IMG/VR virus record: IMGVR_UViG_3300037067_013225
Coordinates: 32,001 to 96,000 of that record
Source: a virus
Taxonomy: Duplodnaviria; Caudoviricetes
DNA length: 64,000 nucleotides
Direction: 5' to 3' (one strand)
Below are positions 31,304 to 40,927 of the stretch, in pieces. Under the pieces are notes generated by a model. That model worked only from the letters and a program-made list of their open reading frames with translations. It searched no databases and had not been told where the DNA came from. The position numbers and the translations under genes are program-made. Numbering within the stretch: the stretch's first letter is position 1; the number at the start of each line of letters is the position of its first letter.

Positions 31304-32341
31304 ATGGCGTATAAAAAATGGACACCCGAAGATATCGATCTTCTAAAAGAAAAATATGCACAAAGTAGCAAAGAACAATTGCTGGAATTATTTCCCGACG
31401 TTAATTATAGACGCATTATAGATAAGGCTAGCGAATTGCATCTGTTGAAATCCCCCACAGTGGTGAGGAATACAAATATCATTAAATCTGAACAAAGATG
31501 TTCTGATGATATGTATAATTATTTGACGGAAACTGAATTGGCTTATATCGCGGGTATGGTCGATAGTGATGGATATATCTCGATAAAGGGCAATCCTCCC
31601 GCACCGGGATTGTCAATAACTAACATTCATCGTGGTGTTATAGAATGGCTGTGTGATAAGATTGTTGGTTCATCATTCTTTATCAAACCAAGGTACAAGA
31701 ATGATGGGTCAGGTTGGTGTACGAAATTTAGATGCGCTGTTATTCAAAACAAAGCGGTATATTTGTTGGTTTCCAAATTGAAACCATATTTGGTGCAAAA
31801 GAAATATGAGGCGGAATTAGTACAGGAATATTGGGATAATTTGTACGATATGGACGCTAGACATCGGCTAGCGGAGAAAATATCGTCGTTCAAAAAAATA
31901 TTTCCGTCTAAAACTGATGTCAATTTGAAAGGCCAAACCGTAATGAAATTATCAGATACAGAAAGCGCATATTTGGCGGGATTGATCGACGGAGACGGTT
32001 CTATGGCAATTAATGCTGCCAAACAGCACTTCTCGTCAGCCATAGATATCACTAGCTCTAGTTTAGCATTGCTTGATTGGTTTCATGCGCGAAATATCTA
32101 TCCATATATCAAATGTAAAAAAATCAAACCCGGCGTTATTTATACAATCAGATTTCATACCATCGATATGAAAATATCCCTATTAAATAGCATTATCCCA
32201 TATCTGATCGTTAAAAAAGATCAAGCAGAATTATTGCTTAAGTATGTGATAGAGTATACGTCATTAGATCGTATTTGTAGAGCGACCACAAAGAATAGCT
32301 TATCCCGGCTGAAAAGCTACGGTGAGATATCGCATGGATGA
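31304..32341 (+). CDS. free-standing double LAGLIDADG homing endonuclease
   Basis: LAYIAGMVDSDG and SAYLAGLIDGDG, each followed by a PYL..KK motif; KKWTPEDIDLLKE N-terminus; start at MAYKK after SD. Confidence 0.88.
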   Translation: MAYKKWTPEDIDLLKEKYAQSSKEQLLELFPDVNYRRIIDKASELHLLKSPTVVRNTNIIKSEQRCSDDMYNYLTETELAYIAGMVDSDGYISIKGNPPAPGLSITNIHRGVIEWLCDKIVGSSFFIKPRYKNDGSGWCTKFRCAVIQNKAVYLLVSKLKPYLVQKKYEAELVQEYWDNLYDMDARHRLAEKISSFKKIFPSKTDVNLKGQTVMKLSDTESAYLAGLIDGDGSMAINAAKQHFSSAIDITSSSLALLDWFHARNIYPYIKCKKIKPGVIYTIRFHTIDMKISLLNSIIPYLIVKKDQAELLLKYVIEYTSLDRICRATTKNSLSRLKSYGEISHG

Positions 32342-33173
32342 ATGCTGGCAATATCGCTTGCGCAAACAATATCTGGAATCCGATATCGCGGCTCTCGGAT
32401 TTAATGCGGATCAATTATCGCAAATGCGCGTTAAAGATTTCGTATTCGCAAACGAATCGCCAAGTAAAGAAATCACCGATTTTATTTTGAAATATGAATG
32501 GCTCGGATCGATGGCCCAACAGACATCGCATTGTTTTACGGCTAGATATCGTGGTATATTGGCGGGGGTAATAACTCTAGGCACACCGAATACTTTTAGT
32601 AAAATTCTCGGCCCGGAAACAAAAAAAATGGAGCGTCTGATATCGCGAGGTGCTTGTGCATCATGGACACCCAAAAATTTAGCCTCGGCATTAATAATGT
32701 GGTCATTGCGTTGGATGGTTAAAAATACACCTTATCGAGTATTTGTGGGATATTCTGACAGTGAGGCCGGTGAGCAGGGTACGATATATCAGGCTTGCTC
32801 ATTTTATTATTTGGGAGACGATTTCGGTACGGGATATTTATGCCTGTATAATGGTAAGTGGATTTCGCCAAGAAGCTTTACAACATTTGCATCGTTTAGA
32901 AAATACGCCAGAAAGTACAATCTGCCGTGGGAACCAGAATGGAAACGATGTCATCCTCAAGGTATTAATGTTATTCCTAAAGAATTAAAAGATCGTCTGA
33001 TGAAAATTGGGAATGAACTGAGAGATTCTTGCGAAAAGAAAAAAATCCCGCACAAAAGAAAATACGTATGCGTGTTGGGTGCGAATAAATCTGAGGCTCG
33101 TTCACTGGTGCAGGCTCTACTAAAATACACCCCTCGCGCCACTAAAAAATATCCCTTGACAAAAACACTCTGA
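32322..33173 (+). CDS. Mom-like GNAT adenine-modification enzyme
   Basis: FILKYEWLG, GVITLGTP, ISRGAC..PKNLAS, YSDSEAGEQGTIYQA.SFYYLG. Confidence 0.78.
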   Translation: MRYRMDECWQYRLRKQYLESDIAALGFNADQLSQMRVKDFVFANESPSKEITDFILKYEWLGSMAQQTSHCFTARYRGILAGVITLGTPNTFSKILGPETKKMERLISRGACASWTPKNLASALIMWSLRWMVKNTPYRVFVGYSDSEAGEQGTIYQACSFYYLGDDFGTGYLCLYNGKWISPRSFTTFASFRKYARKYNLPWEPEWKRCHPQGINVIPKELKDRLMKIGNELRDSCEKKKIPHKRKYVCVLGANKSEARSLVQALLKYTPRATKKYPLTKTL

Positions 33174-33184
33174 CGCGGTATACT
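33156..33184 (+). promoter_or_regulatory. sigma70-type promoter, leaderless start at 33190
   Basis: TTGACA-17-TATACT. Confidence 0.8.
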
Positions 33185-33189
33185 GAGGT

Positions 33190-33546
33190 ATGTCTAAGTA
33201 TTATGACGAGTTTACGATAGAGTCGCTACGCACCATGTCTCAGGAAGTATGGGATATGTGTGTCCAGCCGTATACCGACTGGACACGGACAGAATGGTTG
33301 AGACTTGAGCCACGTACAGATTATATATTTTATAGAGGGGGTTTGGTGGGGAGTATAAATGCTGTGACCGATGGTTGGCGATTAGATATTTATGATGGTA
33401 GACTTTTGGAACACATTGGTGCTACAGATATGGCATATGGTTGCTCGTTAAATACCTTTTACATAAATTCGATCAAGCGTCTAAAAACATTTCTTGACAT
33501 ACAATATGAGAATCTAGATAAACAGTTTGTGATGATCGATTTCTAA
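33190..33546 (+). CDS. hypothetical protein with C-terminal IDF tag
   Basis: Ends KQFVMIDF*. Confidence 0.75.
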   Translation: MSKYYDEFTIESLRTMSQEVWDMCVQPYTDWTRTEWLRLEPRTDYIFYRGGLVGSINAVTDGWRLDIYDGRLLEHIGATDMAYGCSLNTFYINSIKRLKTFLDIQYENLDKQFVMIDF

Positions 33547-33914
33547 TGGTTAGAAATAACATAAAAATTGAGTTGCTTCAGGATTTACCAGGGAAGATTT
33601 TGCGGACGTTTTCTGCGTGGGATCATAATCACTGGATTGAATATAGTTGTGATAATTTCGAAACCAACGTCTGTATATTCGAAAACGATAGATTTTTAGG
33701 TTTGATTACCTGTCGCGATGCAATTTTCAAATCGGTTTCTGACACTCTTTGGGTTTTTGACGCTATTTGGTATGAAAAATGTGAGTTATATCTTTTGATT
33801 AGCGATGTTACAGTCATAGAGAATACGACTGTGTATAGTCGTGGTACATTTGACGAATTATTATCCTTTCTGGTCGGCACAGATATGTGTTTGATGACCG
33901 AAATCGATTTCTAA
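33546..33914 (+). CDS. hypothetical protein with C-terminal IDF tag
   Basis: Ends LMTEIDF*; TAATG coupling. Confidence 0.75.
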   Translation: MVRNNIKIELLQDLPGKILRTFSAWDHNHWIEYSCDNFETNVCIFENDRFLGLITCRDAIFKSVSDTLWVFDAIWYEKCELYLLISDVTVIENTTVYSRGTFDELLSFLVGTDMCLMTEIDF

Positions 33915-33915
33915 G

Positions 33916-34230
33916 ATGCATGGTACATATACTGAGCATTGCGGATATTTGGATCAGCCTCCGAATTCTATCACGAAGCAGGTTTTTGTTTATTTGCCGG
34001 AATATTTACATCAACGCACGAGGATGTATTCTGCCGGAGGGCGTATTGAATTTATATTAATGGGGGATTCGGGTCGTTGTAAATGGTATTTCACGGGGCG
34101 TTATGACTTTGATGTATTTGAACATGGTCTAAATTATGGAATACTTCGTGAACATCGTGCAAAATGGTTCGCGGCAATGATTCTGTGTGCATATGATGAT
34201 GAGAGAGAATATTGTATGGTGGATTTCTGA
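33916..34230 (+). CDS. hypothetical protein with C-terminal VDF tag
   Basis: Ends REYCMVDF*. Confidence 0.75.
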   Translation: MHGTYTEHCGYLDQPPNSITKQVFVYLPEYLHQRTRMYSAGGRIEFILMGDSGRCKWYFTGRYDFDVFEHGLNYGILREHRAKWFAAMILCAYDDEREYCMVDF

Positions 34231-34270
34231 TGTGCGTGATTAAGAGTGCAAATCACTTGAAGAGCAAAAT

Positions 34271-34849
34271 ATGTATGTGATTACAAACGAAAACATGAAC
34301 AATGATGGTTTGTGGGAAATCGGCATAAAACGTTCCGGTTTTGCTTACGCCAGCCCGGAGCTAGCCGTGCTTGTGCAACTCGCATACGAGAGATTCGAAC
34401 ATTTCAGGATTTTCGAAGCATTGGGAGAGATGAACCATCCTATACGTTCTAACGGTAAGTTTACACTTTTGCGAGAGACCTATGTGCCGGAATTCTCCAC
34501 AAATCAGCGCATTTGGTTTGCGATTCAATGCGCGCTAGCCGTGTGTGATGATCCTGTGTTCGTGTCGTGGGCGAATGCCTGGATTGATGGGACTGATCGA
34601 AGCGTTGAGGCTGCCAAAACTGTTCGTGAGAAGCTTTGGGCCGATGCTATTGCTGATGCTGCTGATGCTGCTGCTTATTATGCTGCTGCTAGTGCTGCTA
34701 GGGCTTTTGGGCCTGCTTTTTATGTCGCTTATGCCGATTATTATGCTGCCGCTCATGCTGCGCACGCCACTCCAAGCATAAATTTCACTGATATCGCCGC
34801 CACCGCTCTGAACTTTGATTTGAGAGAATTCCAAGAAATTGATTTCTGA
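34271..34849 (+). CDS. Ala-rich (Imm5-like) protein with C-terminal IDF tag; paralog of 55382..55984
   Basis: FAIQCALAV..WANAWIDG, poly-Ala tract, ends REFQEIDF*. Confidence 0.75.
   Translation: MYVITNENMNNDGLWEIGIKRSGFAYASPELAVLVQLAYERFEHFRIFEALGEMNHPIRSNGKFTLLRETYVPEFSTNQRIWFAIQCALAVCDDPVFVSWANAWIDGTDRSVEAAKTVREKLWADAIADAADAAAYYAAASAARAFGPAFYVAYADYYAAAHAAHATPSINFTDIAATALNFDLREFQEIDF
34330..34549 (+). repeat. inverted repeat, copy 1 (copy 2 at about 55671-55919)
   Basis: 57 bp identical (34330-34386 vs 55863-55919) plus a ~75-bp block with one mismatch. Confidence 0.9.
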
Positions 34850-34851
34850 GC

Positions 34852-34880
34852 TTGACAAACGTACTGGATTGTGGTAGTAT
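34852..34880 (+). promoter_or_regulatory. sigma70-type promoter, leaderless start at 34886
   Basis: TTGACA-17-TAGTAT. Confidence 0.75.
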
Positions 34881-34885
34881 GGAGT

Positions 34886-35209
34886 ATGAGCGAAGCTGAG
34901 AACGAGTTTGTGGCGCTAACGAATAAGGCATTTGGCCCAAAAGTGCGGCCCGCGCATGACTTTTATCCAGATATCGCATTACCGGCAGATTTGCAAGATG
35001 AATGTATGGAGGCATATATGCGGGGCGATTGGAGAACCGCATGTCTTCTGACAGATATCGCTAGCTGTTATAAGACGGTTTGGGAAAATGGTTCCGTTAA
35101 AGATATCCTTGTCAAACCGGATCGTCTGAAATATTTGTATGAAATTCTATCGCAAACACGATCTCGTGCTGCACAAATATGGATGTATGGAGTACATGAT
35201 GGGACTTGA
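34886..35209 (+). CDS. hypothetical protein
   Basis: ATG 5 nt after the -10. Confidence 0.65.
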   Translation: MSEAENEFVALTNKAFGPKVRPAHDFYPDIALPADLQDECMEAYMRGDWRTACLLTDIASCYKTVWENGSVKDILVKPDRLKYLYEILSQTRSRAAQIWMYGVHDGT

Positions 35210-35597
35210 TGCGTATGTTTGTTATCGAGTGGAAGATCCAGAAATCAGTTCTTGGCACAGATATCCCCTGCTTAATGATTATATGTGGGATCTATATCAG
35301 TTAAAATTGGAATATATCGATGAAGATGCAAACGATAACGATGATTCCTATTATCTTGATAGAATGCGTCGCGATGCAAGTTGGTATGACTTTGAAGTGC
35401 CGCTTAATTTGGTTGATGTGGATAATTTAGAGGCTACTATCAAGGGTGGATTATGGCCTAGGCGGGAAAATTGTACAGATGAGCGTTGGGTTGAGGAGTT
35501 GAAGCGGTTGAATACCTCTCGTGATCTGGAACTGGTAACTGAAATGCGCAAGGTTCTACTTGATGGTAAGAAAATTTATTATCGAGCGGCAGGATGA
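35196..35597 (+). CDS. hypothetical phage protein (MGLDxY N-terminus)
   Basis: GGAG SD then MMGLDAYV; ends KIYYRAAG. Confidence 0.65.
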   Translation: MMGLDAYVCYRVEDPEISSWHRYPLLNDYMWDLYQLKLEYIDEDANDNDDSYYLDRMRRDASWYDFEVPLNLVDVDNLEATIKGGLWPRRENCTDERWVEELKRLNTSRDLELVTEMRKVLLDGKKIYYRAAG

Positions 35598-35791
35598 GAT
35601 ACGATTGTCATTATGTAGTTTCTTGCACCAAAACGCTCCTGACTATGGGCGAAAAACCATATCAGGAAATTGTTGCGGTTTTTCATACGCAAGATGAGGC
35701 GAAAAAATATATAAAATCTCAACCTACCGGTATTATTGGGATATATGATGTCTCTTGCTATGATTATGTTCAAATAGAGAGTGAGGAATAA
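35594..35791 (+). CDS. hypothetical protein
   Basis: ATGA overlap; AVFHTQDEAKKYI. Confidence 0.6.
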   Translation: MRYDCHYVVSCTKTLLTMGEKPYQEIVAVFHTQDEAKKYIKSQPTGIIGIYDVSCYDYVQIESEE

Positions 35792-35865
35792 AAGATGAAT
35801 GATATATCTTACAATATGCAAGCTAAGGGAACGACTATTGTATCCGATATTAACGCTATTAAGTA

Positions 35866-36321
35866 TTACCAAATTATAGATCTTTGTAGAGCCTTGGCTG
35901 CTCTGATATCAGCCATATCTTTTAGAGTTTTCTTTTTATGGCAATTTTTACAAAGCGTTTGTAAATTAGACAAACTCCAATACGATATATCGCGTGGTGC
36001 CAACGCTAACGGGACGATATGATCCATATCCCAATCTATAACAATCTTGCCGCAATGAGCGCATCGGCCCTTATCTCGCTCTCGCACACGACATCGTAAC
36101 CATGCTGGATCTTGCATTTCTAATGCTCTCAGATATTGTTCACGGCAATCTCCATCGCACCAATGGCGCGCCAAGTTAGGAGTGCCGTCTTTTTTCGGCA
36201 GCATCTTTCCGCACAAATGGCAATAACCAACAGGATATTTTTCCGATTTAACTAGCTCGATAATCGGATGCGGTGGCGGTGTTCTATGAGTTGCCCGTTT
36301 TTTAGCCTTGTGCCTTGACAA
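35866..36321 (-). CDS. HNH endonuclease
   Basis: RDKGRCAHCG..MDHIVPL..NLQTLCKNCHKKKT. Confidence 0.88.
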   Translation of the reverse strand: MSRHKAKKRATHRTPPPHPIIELVKSEKYPVGYCHLCGKMLPKKDGTPNLARHWCDGDCREQYLRALEMQDPAWLRCRVRERDKGRCAHCGKIVIDWDMDHIVPLALAPRDISYWSLSNLQTLCKNCHKKKTLKDMADIRAAKALQRSIIW

Positions 36322-36343
36322 TGGACCTTCCCTGTGTTAAACT
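36315..36343 (+). promoter_or_regulatory. sigma70-type promoter (divergent from HNH gene)
   Basis: TTGACA-17-TAAACT. Confidence 0.7.
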
Positions 36344-36375
36344 GTAGAGGCTCTAAAACTATACCCAGGTGGATC

Positions 36376-36624
36376 ATGAATAACGAGATATATGATTTTT
36401 CAGGATGCGCTCATAAATGGATTGACGATGGTGTTTACAAAGATGATGGAAATACTCCCACATATACTTATCAAAAATGTTCTATATGTGGAGCTACCAG
36501 AACACTGGATATAAATGGTGATTGTGTTCAAGGATCGTTTATCTTAATGGACGATATATTGTTTTTACGCGATTTAATGGAAAAAGATATCGAACCGTTA
36601 ATGGAATCCGGAGATATGCGATGA
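36376..36624 (+). CDS. small zinc-finger-like protein
   Basis: CAHKW...KCSICG. Confidence 0.55.
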   Translation: MNNEIYDFSGCAHKWIDDGVYKDDGNTPTYTYQKCSICGATRTLDINGDCVQGSFILMDDILFLRDLMEKDIEPLMESGDMR

Positions 36625-37352
36625 GATATCTAATAATTTTATTGCTATTTTTAACATCGTGTCCGCATAAAACTAGTTCTTTTGATTGGGGAAGTCAGCC
36701 ATATCAGAATATTGTTCCGCCGCCCATCGGTAGATGGGCTGCAACTCCCACGATATCATACAATGGTGAACTTTTCTCATCGCAATCTATTAGGCCCGAT
36801 TGGGCCTTAAATAGCGCTACATCAACGTTTCAGGAAGAATTGATAAATATTTCTAAGTGGTGCGATGGGATCGGTTACAAGATTGGTTCCGGATCTGATA
36901 TAGATGTCTATTTTTATTATGAGCCATATACAAAGAAAACATCCTCTATAGGCGATGATTGTCTAGTCATAGTAGAGCCACCGGGGAAAGCTACAAGCAC
37001 GGCTTCTCCGCCCGCGCCCGGATCTAATTATTCCGGTGTAGCGATTGTAACATCCGATAATCGTACCATTAGTCATGTCGATGTGTGGTTGAATATCAAT
37101 AAATATCAGGTATTTTATGACGAATATAAAATCCGATATCCTAAAGCATCTGATAAAGAATTAAAAACGTGGGCTGTCAAAAAAGAAAATGCGATTTTTG
37201 CAAGGATTATCTGGCACGAGTTGGGTCATGCCCTGTTTGGACTGTCCGATGACAGTCAAGGCTCTACTAATGGAACTATGGTATACGCAACCATGACAAT
37301 ACCATATAATACGGAAGAAACCGCAGTTATCAAATGGATGTACGGATTATGA
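36621..37352 (+). CDS. lipoprotein zinc metalloprotease (zincin)
   Basis: Signal peptide MRYLIILLLFLTSC with lipobox; HELGHALFGLSD; downstream Met-turn-like TM. Confidence 0.75.
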   Translation: MRYLIILLLFLTSCPHKTSSFDWGSQPYQNIVPPPIGRWAATPTISYNGELFSSQSIRPDWALNSATSTFQEELINISKWCDGIGYKIGSGSDIDVYFYYEPYTKKTSSIGDDCLVIVEPPGKATSTASPPAPGSNYSGVAIVTSDNRTISHVDVWLNINKYQVFYDEYKIRYPKASDKELKTWAVKKENAIFARIIWHELGHALFGLSDDSQGSTNGTMVYATMTIPYNTEETAVIKWMYGL

Positions 37353-37693
37353 GATATAATCTCCACAACATACCCGGTAAAAGGTTTGGCCCAGAATATT
37401 TTCCCCATGGTCTTGCATCTTGTGGAGGTTCACGTATCTTTGACAAAATGGCTGGAGACAGAATTCCGTATTTAAGAGGTATGATCTGCATATATAGTGG
37501 TATCGATGATCGTTTAGTTTTTTTATTTTTACCAGATGATTATACCATAATTAGCGTGCAAAGCGATATAGTGTACGAGAACCTTCAAGAACATCTCAAT
37601 GGAGAGGATTTTAGACGATCTCAAGATGAGGTTTGTAATTTTATACTAGATCTTCTAGCCCAGACATATGAATTAACGGAGGTTGATTTCTAA
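37349..37693 (+). CDS. hypothetical protein with C-terminal VDF tag
   Basis: Ends YELTEVDF*; TAATG-coupled to the protease gene. Confidence 0.75.
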   Translation: MRYNLHNIPGKRFGPEYFPHGLASCGGSRIFDKMAGDRIPYLRGMICIYSGIDDRLVFLFLPDDYTIISVQSDIVYENLQEHLNGEDFRRSQDEVCNFILDLLAQTYELTEVDF

Positions 37694-38220
37694 TGACATG
37701 TATTGTTGCGATCAAAACTAAAGATGCCATATTTATGGGTGGTGATTCTGCTGGTGGCAATGCTTACGGAATCCAATCTAGATCCGATCCTAAAGTTTTT
37801 AGAAGTGGTGGATTTGTTATCGGATACACCACTAGTTATCGTATGGGGCAAATTCTACAGCATGGTTTTGAATTTGTTACACCTGAAGGCGATCCTGACG
37901 CGTATATGTTTTCATTGTGTAACGCTGTGGCTAGTAAATTAACTGATTTAAATTATGCAAAATTGGAAAATAATGTTATAGACGGTGGTACTTTCCTTAT
38001 TGGATGGAAAAACCACTTGTATGCAGTTTATGATAATTTTCAGTATGCTCGGTTTAGGGACAATTATGCCGCAATCGGTTCCGGGGAGGAATATGCACTG
38101 GGATCGTTGTTTTCAACTCAAAGTATAGACGATCCCATAAAACGAATCACCATTGCATTAGATGCAGCCACGAAGTTTTCGTCTCTTGTTGCAAAGCCAT
38201 ATATTTTTGAGCATACATAG
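37693..38220 (+). CDS. HslV/proteasome-beta-like Ntn threonine protease
   Basis: M-T-CIVA N-terminal Thr, GGDS, PKVF, AIGSG..YALG. Confidence 0.85.
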   Translation: MTCIVAIKTKDAIFMGGDSAGGNAYGIQSRSDPKVFRSGGFVIGYTTSYRMGQILQHGFEFVTPEGDPDAYMFSLCNAVASKLTDLNYAKLENNVIDGGTFLIGWKNHLYAVYDNFQYARFRDNYAAIGSGEEYALGSLFSTQSIDDPIKRITIALDAATKFSSLVAKPYIFEHT

Positions 38221-38229
38221 AGATAATAT

Positions 38230-38913
38230 TTAATCTTTTATGAGGATAAATCCTAAATTTTTAATATTTCGATACCAAGACGATACTCGATCTGAAGCGT
38301 TGCCCTCAACTGTCCAGATAACAGTATCGGATACAACGGCTCTAACAATACCCGTATGTTTAAATCCAGTAGGACCACCCTTTACTACGAACAAACATCC
38401 AGGATAAATATCTTTAATATCCTCAGTATAGAGCTTGAGTTTGTCGGCTTCTTTTTTTAGACGAGAACTTGAGGATTTTTCTTTTATGGGAGGTTTGTTG
38501 GGTGCTGCTGCAAGTCTGAGGCAGTAATTTAGAGCGAAGTATGCGCACCACGGATATTTTTCACCCTCAAATCCACCGGTATACTTTTTTACAAATGGTC
38601 CGCTATTCGGACCACCGATTTCTTTTGCGCCAGCGGCTAATTCTGTTAGTGCTATTTTTAATAATCTCTCAGCCAAAGATGGATATGCGGAAGTTTTGGC
38701 TTTTGGCAGATTTTTCACCGCAGTTATCAATATGGGGAGTGTTTTTTCACCAACGATGCCATCGATTTCAAGATCATAATCTTTTTGGAATTCTCTCACA
38801 GCGTGTTCTGTGGCGGGTCCGAAAACACCATCTATGACCAGATGTGATCCGTATTTGTCTAGTAGTTTTTGTAGAGCCTTGACTTTGGTTCCTGTGTCGC
38901 CGTTTTGTAACAT
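38230..38913 (-). CDS. endolysin: peptidoglycan-binding domain plus CHAP amidase
   Basis: IDGVFGPATEHAVREFQ..IDGIVG; PWCAYF, HTGIV, TVEGN. Confidence 0.9.
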   Translation of the reverse strand: MLQNGDTGTKVKALQKLLDKYGSHLVIDGVFGPATEHAVREFQKDYDLEIDGIVGEKTLPILITAVKNLPKAKTSAYPSLAERLLKIALTELAAGAKEIGGPNSGPFVKKYTGGFEGEKYPWCAYFALNYCLRLAAAPNKPPIKEKSSSSRLKKEADKLKLYTEDIKDIYPGCLFVVKGGPTGFKHTGIVRAVVSDTVIWTVEGNASDRVSSWYRNIKNLGFILIKD

Positions 38914-39004
38914 ATCTTCTCCGTTTATTGGCTGTTAATATCAGCTTACCCCTTGAATATACCCCGTTTTTGTGGTACAATATAGTGGCAACCAGACCGA
39001 GACC

Positions 39005-40927
39005 ATGATATACGACTGCTTTAGATTTCTAAATGAGAATGATATGTTGGAGATACGTTTCCAACAGCACTCGTTTGCGGATAAATTTGTCATCATCGAA
39101 TCGGATCAAACCACATCTGGATTATCCAAGCCATATAATTTCGATGTGGAGCGATTTAAGAAATATACTGATAAAATTATCTATTTGCAAATCGGTCCGA
39201 TAGATATCGCAAGAGAGAAATATGAATATTTCGAAAACAATATCGAACGATGGAATAGAGAGCTTGTTCATCATGGTGCATTAAAGCAAATATTACCCTT
39301 GCTCACTAATCGTGATATTATTATGTGGTCTGATGTCGATGAAATGTTGAAAAGTCCCCCCATATATGGGAATATAAGATATATTTCTGGATTATATTAC
39401 TACTACTTTAATAATCGTCTATATGATAGGAAAAATAATAATTTCTTATCTTGGAAATATCAGGTAAGTTTCACAAAAAAAACATTAGAGAAATATAATC
39501 CGTTTCATCTTAGGAATAGTAACACTATCAAATGGGATATACATGAGGATGCCGGTTGGCATTTTGCATATATTGGCGATGTAGAAAAGCTTAAATATAA
39601 GCTTGAGGCGGCTGCGCACCAAGAATACAATACCGATAAAGTCAAAGAACAGCTATCTGAGAAGATTAAGCAGGGTGTGGATTTTGCTTCAGACAGATAT
39701 CCCGGCAAACAGACACCAATTAACGAATTACCACAATGTATTATTGATAATCAAGAAAAATATAAGCCATTTATTCTGTTGGATCGTCCGATAGTGGAGA
39801 ATATCTCAGTAAAAGAGCGTAGGATGAAGGATTTGCGTAATTTGCGTGTAGCACAGCGCGCAGAGGCTAGGCGAGTACAAGAGGAATGTAGATTGGAGGC
39901 ACTGCGCAATCTGCATGAGGCTAAAAAGGCAGAACTGCGCCGCATACAGGCGGAAAAGGAGGCCAAAGCAAACGCGGCACAACGTAGGTTGCGTAAACGT
40001 GACAGATATACCGCCCCTCCCATTGTCTCACCGGTTGCTTCCGTTAGCAACGTGGATGAATTTAATATTTTAATGCTTGGATCTTTGGGAGATGTCATAT
40101 GTAACTCGGTAGTTGTCAATAATATTCGCCTATCATATCCAGATGCTAAAATTACATGGTGCATAGCCAAGAAATATCTCAAAATTTCATCCAATATCAT
40201 TGGAGTGGATGATTGGATTGTTGCTGATGATATCGTAGGTCACGATATACACGAAATAGATAGAGAGCAACCAGCATTTAAGGAAATATTTGCGTCAAAA
40301 CCGAATTTAATTGTTTTACGTGACTGTTCCAGTCCATTATACGGTAGTAATTGGACCAATACTGGTGCAAATCTAATGGAAACTGCGATTAGAGATCTGG
40401 CAAGATTTGTATCGGTTCCAATCAGAGAGAAGAAAGGTACTTTTACTATCTTTAGGGACGATATAATTAAATGGCGTGACTGGGTGAAGGATAACGATAA
40501 GTATATTTTCTGGGAATTTACCCCCATCAGCACAACGCCTTTAATGGTGCCGGAAGAATATTTTGCTCTTGCGGACAAATTATATAAAGATCTGCGATGT
40601 AAGTCTATATTCTCATGTTCACCAGAAAATAGGGATAAATATATCTCGTACAATTCAAAAAACATCCGAATATGCGACCTATCGTTAGCTCAAGTAGCAG
40701 CGGGAGTTAAACAGCAAGGCTCTATATTTATGGGATGTACATCAGCACAAACCTGGGCTGTATGTGAGACATCCAATGTCCCAATTTTAGAGCTATTGAA
40801 TCCGGCAGTTACAAAAAAATTGCGTGGAATATCGGTTAAACAATCACACTATACTAATCCTAGCGAAGTAATAACGGTAAAATCATATCAGGTAATAAAA
40901 GATGCGATCACGTCACTACAAAGATAA
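39005..40927 (+). CDS. GT17-like/GT9-like glycosyltransferase fusion
   Basis: MIYDCF..ENDMLEIR, SDVDE, GWHF (GT17); charged helical linker; LGSLGDV..YPDAKITW (GT9-like). Confidence 0.8.
   Translation: MIYDCFRFLNENDMLEIRFQQHSFADKFVIIESDQTTSGLSKPYNFDVERFKKYTDKIIYLQIGPIDIAREKYEYFENNIERWNRELVHHGALKQILPLLTNRDIIMWSDVDEMLKSPPIYGNIRYISGLYYYYFNNRLYDRKNNNFLSWKYQVSFTKKTLEKYNPFHLRNSNTIKWDIHEDAGWHFAYIGDVEKLKYKLEAAAHQEYNTDKVKEQLSEKIKQGVDFASDRYPGKQTPINELPQCIIDNQEKYKPFILLDRPIVENISVKERRMKDLRNLRVAQRAEARRVQEECRLEALRNLHEAKKAELRRIQAEKEAKANAAQRRLRKRDRYTAPPIVSPVASVSNVDEFNILMLGSLGDVICNSVVVNNIRLSYPDAKITWCIAKKYLKISSNIIGVDDWIVADDIVGHDIHEIDREQPAFKEIFASKPNLIVLRDCSSPLYGSNWTNTGANLMETAIRDLARFVSVPIREKKGTFTIFRDDIIKWRDWVKDNDKYIFWEFTPISTTPLMVPEEYFALADKLYKDLRCKSIFSCSPENRDKYISYNSKNIRICDLSLAQVAAGVKQQGSIFMGCTSAQTWAVCETSNVPILELLNPAVTKKLRGISVKQSHYTNPSEVITVKSYQVIKDAITSLQR

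Noticed and set aside
31162-32341. Group I intron or intein around the LAGLIDADG gene
   Set aside because: Capsid gene ends normally with a terminator; the nuclease has its own promoter and SD, and no splicing motifs are seen
33530-34849. Integron-like or CRISPR-like DNA repeat (GATTTCTAA) between small genes
   Set aside because: Shared stretch is only about 9-12 bp, varies at synonymous positions and has no palindrome or regular spacing; better explained as a peptide tag
35795-36022. 75-aa plus-strand ORF
   Set aside because: Mostly overlaps the well-supported minus-strand HNH gene; it has an SD but no recognisable motif
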